DNA of 59,143 nucleotides from Candidatus Omnitrophota bacterium (GTDB lineage Bacteria; Omnitrophota; Gorgyraeia; Aquiviventales; Aquiviventaceae): NCBI GenBank assembly GCA_016193175.1, contig JACPSR010000044.1, positions 1 to 59,143 of the forward strand, read 5' to 3'. Shown piece by piece: positions 53,786 to 59,143 of this stretch (position 1 is its first letter; each line of letters starts with the position of its first letter). The notes under the pieces were generated by a model. It saw only the letters and a program-made list of their open reading frames with translations, ran no database searches and was not told where the DNA came from. The position numbers and the translations under genes were made by a program.

Positions 53786-54111
53786 TCAAACAGCGCCTCC
53801 TCGGTCAGCTTCTTCTCCGAGAACCGGTCCACCGTGCTGCGGCGGCGCGTCAGGGCATGGTCGAGCAGCGTCGAGGTGCTCTCCCCGCTTGTGCGGAGGG
53901 TGTTCTGCGCGCGCTGGCGCGTGGTGGTCGTCACGCTCACGTCGGACCAGCGCGGTGAAAACTGCTCGCCGATCGTGTCGGTCCCGGCTTTCAACCGTCC
54001 CTGCACGGCGCGTTTCGCGTAGAGCTGCATCGCCACCATCGCCAGACAGGCCGCCGCAAGGATCACGGCGTACTCCGTGGCGCTCTGGGCGCGCTTATTC
54101 CCACGCATCAT
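53782..54111 (-). CDS. Flp-like pilin paralog.
   Basis: KRAQSATEYAVILAAACLAMVAMQLYAKRAVQGRLKAGTDTIGEQF. Confidence 0.7.
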   Translation of the reverse strand: MMRGNKRAQSATEYAVILAAACLAMVAMQLYAKRAVQGRLKAGTDTIGEQFSPRWSDVSVTTTTRQRAQNTLRTSGESTSTLLDHALTRRRSTVDRFSEKKLTEEALFE

Positions 54112-54454
54112 CGGCGCTGAGCTCGACCCCGACGATCTGCTGAGCCTGCGGATCGGTCGTGGTGCTGCTCCACTCGTTTCGCGTCATCGAGCCACCCGGG
54201 CTGTAGCTCGAGATCAGGCTGGTCTCCTGGCTCGTCGTGGAACTGGAGCTGGCGTAATACGGCTCGTACTGCGAGGGGGCGTCGATGGTCCGCATCGCCC
54301 CATCCGCCAGCGTCCGGTAGCGGGCCTGCAAGCCCCGCTTGACGTAGAGCTGCATCGCCATCAGGGCTGCCACGACAAGCCCGATGACCACCGCGTACTC
54401 GGCGAGGTGTTGGCCCTCACAGCCCGATCCGGCCCCTCGACTCGGTGACGGCAT
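54095..54454 (-). CDS. Flp-like pilin paralog.
   Basis: EGQHLAEYAVVIGLVVAALMAMQLYVKRGLQARYRTLADG. A GGGGAGA SD-like sequence lies upstream of ATG 54454. Confidence 0.7.
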   Translation of the reverse strand: MPSPSRGAGSGCEGQHLAEYAVVIGLVVAALMAMQLYVKRGLQARYRTLADGAMRTIDAPSQYEPYYASSSSTTSQETSLISSYSPGGSMTRNEWSSTTTDPQAQQIVGVELSADDAWE

Positions 54455-54602
54455 GTTGGAGCGTCTCCCCGCTCGTCGACAAAAGACCGCCGACCGCTGA
54501 TTGGACAGGACCTCCTGGACGCACCGCGTAGAAGATCGCGAGCACGACCGCGACCAGCACCAAGAGGTATTCGAGCGTGCCCTGTCCCCGCTCGCTAGTC
54601 AT
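54417..54602 (-). CDS. Short Flp-like pilin paralog (61 aa).
   Basis: MTSERGQGTLEYLLVLVAVVLAIFYAV... The upstream 61 codons of track ORF 54417..54785 were trimmed. Confidence 0.65.
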   Translation of the reverse strand: MTSERGQGTLEYLLVLVAVVLAIFYAVRPGGPVQSAVGGLLSTSGETLQHAVTESRGRIGL

Positions 54603-55110
54603 CGCCAAACACGCTCTTCGTGCTGAGCCGCCCTGAGTCGAACGTGCCATGCGTGCCCACGGCCCGGGTTGGAGCAGTTGTGAGGCTCCCCTGCGGCACG
54701 TAGTCCCTCCGGGTGATCTCATGGCCGAGATACTGCGGTTCGATGCCGCCAACCGCTGTGGGGTCGAAGCCCGCCGGCACCTCATTGTCTCCTACTCCTA
54801 ACACCCTAGACTGGCTCCAGGCCGACGGAGGGGTCGTACCACCCCCCGTCGCTTGGGGGGGACTGATCAGAGCGGCGGTCCCTGTCTCTTCTTTTCTCGC
54901 GCTCTGTTGCTCGGTCTGAATCGTGTACGTTTCCGCCGTGGTGAACTGCTCACCGATCTGGTCCGAGGCATCCTTCCACCGGCCCTGCAGCGAGCGCTTG
55001 AAGTAGATCTGTCCGGCGACGATCACCGCCACCACGACCCCGAGCAGCATGGCGTACTCCAAGACACTCTGCCCGCGTCGATCCACCATCCTGTGCGCCA
55101 TCCTCCTCAC
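54595..55110 (-). CDS. Extended Flp-like pilin paralog.
   Basis: RRGQSVLEYAMLLGVVVAVIVAGQIYFKRSLQGRWKDASDQIGEQF. Confidence 0.7.
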   Translation of the reverse strand: MRRMAHRMVDRRGQSVLEYAMLLGVVVAVIVAGQIYFKRSLQGRWKDASDQIGEQFTTAETYTIQTEQQSARKEETGTAALISPPQATGGGTTPPSAWSQSRVLGVGDNEVPAGFDPTAVGGIEPQYLGHEITRRDYVPQGSLTTAPTRAVGTHGTFDSGRLSTKSVFGDD

Positions 55111-55145
55111 CTCCTCCTCACGCGCCGTTGTGACGTCGTATCGCC

Positions 55146-55694
55146 TTAGCTTCCGGGAGGCCGGTTGCCTGAAGGCTGGTTGCCTGAAGGCTGGTTGCCT
55201 GAAGGCTGGTTGCCTGACGTCGTCTCATTCCACAGTGCCTCGGCGCCTAACCTATTGCTTGCGCCTTTCTGTCGCTGGTACGTGCCGGCTTGTCTCACGG
55301 TGACGTCCGATACCTTCTCCAGAACCACTTTGCCACCTCCCATGTGCTGCTTCTCGACGTTCTCCGTATAGACGTTGCCGGAGCTCTCCAGGTAATACGG
55401 CTCATACTGGGCCTGGGCGGCAAAGGTCGCGGGGGTGATAGCGGGCGTCCCTCCCCCTGTGCCTCCAGCTCCCCCTGTGCCTCCAGTTCCTCCGCCAGTG
55501 CCTGTGGCTCCCGTTGGCGCCTGGATTGTTGTGGTGATGCTCGTCAACGCGTCTGTCCCGCTTTTGATCCTGGCCTGCAGCCCGCGCTTGGCGTAGACCT
55601 GCATCGCCGCGAAGGCCGCGATCACCACGGCAAAGAGGATCGCGTACTCCGCAATGTTCTGCCCGCGCTGATCCCATCGGCTTGTCTTCTTCAT
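55146..55694 (-). CDS. Extended Flp-like pilin paralog whose C-terminus runs into a 15-nt tandem repeat.
   Basis: QRGQNIAEYAILFAVVIAAFAAMQVYAKRGLQARIKSGTDAL, then a Gly/Thr tract. The tail is GNQPSGNQPSGNQPSGNRPPGS. Confidence 0.7.
   Translation of the reverse strand: MKKTSRWDQRGQNIAEYAILFAVVIAAFAAMQVYAKRGLQARIKSGTDALTSITTTIQAPTGATGTGGGTGGTGGAGGTGGGTPAITPATFAAQAQYEPYYLESSGNVYTENVEKQHMGGGKVVLEKVSDVTVRQAGTYQRQKGASNRLGAEALWNETTSGNQPSGNQPSGNQPSGNRPPGS
55159..55218. repeat. Tandem direct repeat, 4 x 15 nt (ggc[c/t]ggttgcctgaa).
   Basis: It reads directly as ggccggttgcctgaa ggctggttgcctgaa ggctggttgcctgaa ggctggttgcctgac. It is in-frame, encoding GNQPS repeats at the 3' end of 55146..55694. Confidence 0.9.
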
Positions 55695-55747
55695 GTGAGC
55701 GTCTCACCTCCTCCGCGCATGTGCCAGTTCGTGTACGGTCATCATCG

Positions 55748-55990
55748 TCATCCACCCGTCCCTCCAGGCTGTCCTCCCTGCCCTGGAGCTGCGGCAGGTG
55801 TTGTCGCAGTCGTAAACTCGGTGCCTGCTCTGTCAAGGAGCGTCCCGGCGCTATCCATCCTCGACTTCAGTTTGCCCTGCAGGACGCCATTGACGCCGTA
55901 GAGGATCGCCAAGAGCACCACGACCACCACCAACAAGTACTCGAGCGTGCTCTGTCCCTTCCGATCTGCGCGCCTCACCCTGTGGCTCAT
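55748..55990 (-). CDS. Flp-like pilin paralog.
   Basis: MSHRVRRADRKGQSTLEYLLVVVVVLLAILYGV. ATG 55990 is preceded by aaggaggtggaaggc, a strong SD. Confidence 0.75.
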   Translation of the reverse strand: MSHRVRRADRKGQSTLEYLLVVVVVLLAILYGVNGVLQGKLKSRMDSAGTLLDRAGTEFTTATTPAAAPGQGGQPGGTGG

Positions 55991-56056
55991 GCCTTCCACC
56001 TCCTTTGCGCCGTGTAGCCTGAGAAGTTGTGTTGCTCTCCAGTGATCATCCATCCC

Positions 56057-56353
56057 TCATCGATTCCCTCCGTCCGTCGGATTGACAGAGGGGACGGTCG
56101 GCGGCGCCGGAACGCCAGCGCTCGACACCACGCCTGGGCCACCCCCAGGGGCTCCAGTGGCTCCAGCAGGACCCGCGCCAGGTAGAGGCTGCGGTCCACT
56201 CGGGAGTCTCACGACCGCCTCCGCGTTGATCTGCCCCTCCAGCATTTTGAGGTTCGCCTGGATGGCGCGCCTCACGTAGACCTGCATGGCGACCAAGGCC
56301 GCGGCCACCACTGCCACGAAGACCGCATACTCCAACGTGGACTGGCCCCTCAT
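56057..56353 (-). CDS. Flp-like pilin paralog.
   Basis: MRGQSTLEYAVFVAVVAAALVAMQVYVRRAIQANLK. The track ORF was trimmed to ATG 56353. No clear SD was seen. Confidence 0.65.
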   Translation of the reverse strand: MRGQSTLEYAVFVAVVAAALVAMQVYVRRAIQANLKMLEGQINAEAVVRLPSGPQPLPGAGPAGATGAPGGGPGVVSSAGVPAPPTVPSVNPTDGGNR

Positions 56354-56402
56354 CCAAAATCCAAAATCCCGTTGAGCTGTAAACGCCGCGCCTCGAGCGG
56401 CG

Positions 56403-56582
56403 TTACCGGGTGATCTTGTCGGCTGCGGCATTCGCAAACCCTTCCAGCGCGTTTCTGATGGAACCGTGAAAAGCGCTAAACCCGATGATGACCGCCGCTG
56501 CGATGGCGGCAAAAATCAGGAAATACTCTACCGTGACTTGTCCCTTCGCTTTGCCAAATTGTGACCAGATTTTTAAAACCAT
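56403..56582 (-). CDS. flp: Canonical Flp pilin (59 aa). It is not in the ORF track because it is shorter than 60 aa.
   Basis: Hand translation: MVLKIWSQFGKAKGQVTVEYFLIFAAIAAAVIIGFSAFHGSIRNALEGFANAAADKITR. It has the G|xxxxEY processing motif. It has its own AT-rich promoter-like region and is the first pilin gene of the array. Confidence 0.85.
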   Translation of the reverse strand: MVLKIWSQFGKAKGQVTVEYFLIFAAIAAAVIIGFSAFHGSIRNALEGFANAAADKITR

Positions 56583-56588
56583 ATCGTT

Positions 56589-56617
56589 TTTATATCTATT
56601 TAAATACTGAGAAACAA
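56589..56617 (-). promoter_or_regulatory. Putative flp promoter (TTGTTT, 17 nt, TATAAA), with the ATG only 6 nt after the -10.
   Basis: The minus strand reads ttgtttctcagtatttaaatagaTATAAAaacgatATG. This is the only strongly AT-rich patch in the window. Confidence 0.45.
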
Positions 56618-56646
56618 AAAACCGGACTGCCTTTCGGCAGCCCGGC
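56616..56646 (-). terminator. Rho-independent terminator-like hairpin plus U-tract.
   Basis: The minus strand reads ccgggctgcc-gaaa-ggcagtccgg followed by tttttt. Confidence 0.6.
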
Positions 56647-56656
56647 TACCCTACTT

Positions 56657-56715
56657 GTTCGTTGTTCCGTGTTCAGTGTTCGTTGTCACCGAACGACGAA
56701 CACCGAACTACGAAC
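56657..56715. repeat. Imperfect hairpin of heptamer tracts: (gttcNNt) x4 followed by (NNcgaac) x4.
   Basis: gttcgttgttccgtgttcagtgttcgttg-tca-ccgaacgacgaacaccgaactacgaac. About 22 of 27 arm positions are complementary. Confidence 0.7.
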
Positions 56716-56782
56716 TCATGAGGGCCCGAAGCTTTGCGCCCCTGCGTGTCCGCAGGTTTGCCTCCGCCAACGTACCTGGCGG

Positions 56783-56814
56783 ATCCGTCCGCCAACGATC
56801 TTTGGCGGACGGAT
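56783..56814. repeat. Perfect 13-bp stem-loop.
   Basis: atccgtccgccaa-cgatct-ttggcggacggat. Confidence 0.85.
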
Positions 56815-56869
56815 TTATCGACGGCTTCAGCGGAAGCCTGAAGTTTTCAAGGAACCTCTGGCACTTCCA

Positions 56870-56899
56870 AGTCTACCAAACTTCTCATGATTTTGTCAA
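56870..56899 (-). promoter_or_regulatory. Sigma70-like promoter overlapping the DUF192 stop (TTGACA, 18 nt, TAGACT).
   Basis: The minus strand reads gatTTGACAaaatcatgagaagtttggTAGACTtgg. Confidence 0.35.
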
Positions 56900-57084
56900 A
56901 TCTTTTTAGCGCGCAGATCGAAGCTATCCTCTGCGATTTCAAGCAGTTCCCTTGTGTGGGTGGAGGTCCGCAAAATCGTGCCGGCGGGCAGCTCGATCAC
57001 CGTATCGGCCTCCCTAGCCCAGGCAAACCGGAAGGGCTTCAGATGCTCAACAACTTTGACCACCACTCCGCATAACACGTTCGT

Positions 57085-57156
57085 GGCTGGGGGCTGGGGG
57101 CTGGGGGCTGGGGGCAGTTGCCCTGAACCCAGAACCCAGAACCCTGAACTCTGAAC
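57085..57156. repeat. Short-tandem-repeat hairpin inserted in-frame in the DUF192 gene: (ggggct) x4-5, a loop, then (cccWgaa) x5.
   Basis: ggctgggggctgggggctgggggctgggggc-agttg-ccctgaacccagaacccagaaccctgaactctgaac. It encodes VQSSGFWVLGSGQLPPAPSPQPPA between the conserved DVVFL and VVKVVEH strands. Confidence 0.75.
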
Positions 57157-57310
57157 AGTCTTTAAGAAAACGACGTCGAGGGGGAAACGCATGAACCACG
57201 TGTGGATGGCGCTGCAGCGCGGGAAAATAAGCGCCTCGCCCTCGTCGAGATGGCTGCGGGAGAGCAGGCCCACCATCCGCCGGATCAGCCCGGTCGCGAT
57301 CGCCGCACGC

Positions 57311-59143
<1,833 letters not shown>

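Larger units (their letters stand above)
56616..56863 (-). ncRNA. Candidate ~250-nt structured non-coding transcript or leader between DUF192 and flp.
   Basis: It is bounded by the promoter-like TTGACA-18-TAGACT (56870-56899) and the terminator at 56616-56646. I found no ORF by eye. It contains five consecutive hairpins: cttcag/ctgaag, the 13-bp perfect stem at 56783-56814, cctgcg-tgtc-cgcagg, the heptamer-tract hairpin at 56657-56715, and the terminator. Confidence 0.3.

Overview
GC-rich 59.1-kb window in which essentially all real coding is on the minus strand and forms one tightly coupled gene array. All calls below come from hand translation and motif recall; no HMM or database search was run.

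Gene order from right to left:
- a 5'-truncated TadZ(CpaE)-CpaF(TadA) fusion ATPase
- a DUF192 gene
- a canonical 59-aa Flp pilin that is missing from the ORF track
- nine larger Flp-like paralogs
- two TadE-like pseudopilins and one TadG-like pseudopilin
- a small membrane protein, one more Flp-like gene, then TadB and TadC
- 4 nt after tadC, a signal-peptide/DUF4214-like start that leads into a 12,471-codon ORF (9006..46421)
- a second ORF of at least 2,971 codons (<1..8914). It runs off the left edge, so it has no stop in the window and is absent from the ORF track.

The three giant pieces are separated only by frame changes. One lies in an octanucleotide-repeat hairpin at 46482-46560. The other lies near 9120-9143. 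They may therefore be one gene of more than 15,000 codons.

The mega-protein alternates hydrophobic Gly/Ala-rich TM clusters with two kinds of module:
- Envelope-type: C39-like and M48 proteases, a PG-binding repeat, 2x LysM, and an SLT lytic transglycosylase.
- Cytoplasm-type: a SecA-like motor ATPase, PP2C phosphatase, J-domain-like and GrpE-like segments, and a RelE/ParE-like fold downstream of a Hint autoprotease domain.

Several small elements are superimposed on this array:
- an IVS-like inverted-repeat cassette carrying a four-helix-bundle (23S rRNA IVS protein family) gene, inserted in-frame in the C39-like domain
- two homologous antisense cassettes, each with a consensus sigma70 promoter plus short ORFs including a hydrophobic peptide, embedded in-frame in the giant ORFs
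- a family of short-tandem-repeat hairpins at gene borders and inside DUF192

No rRNA, tRNA or CRISPR array was seen.
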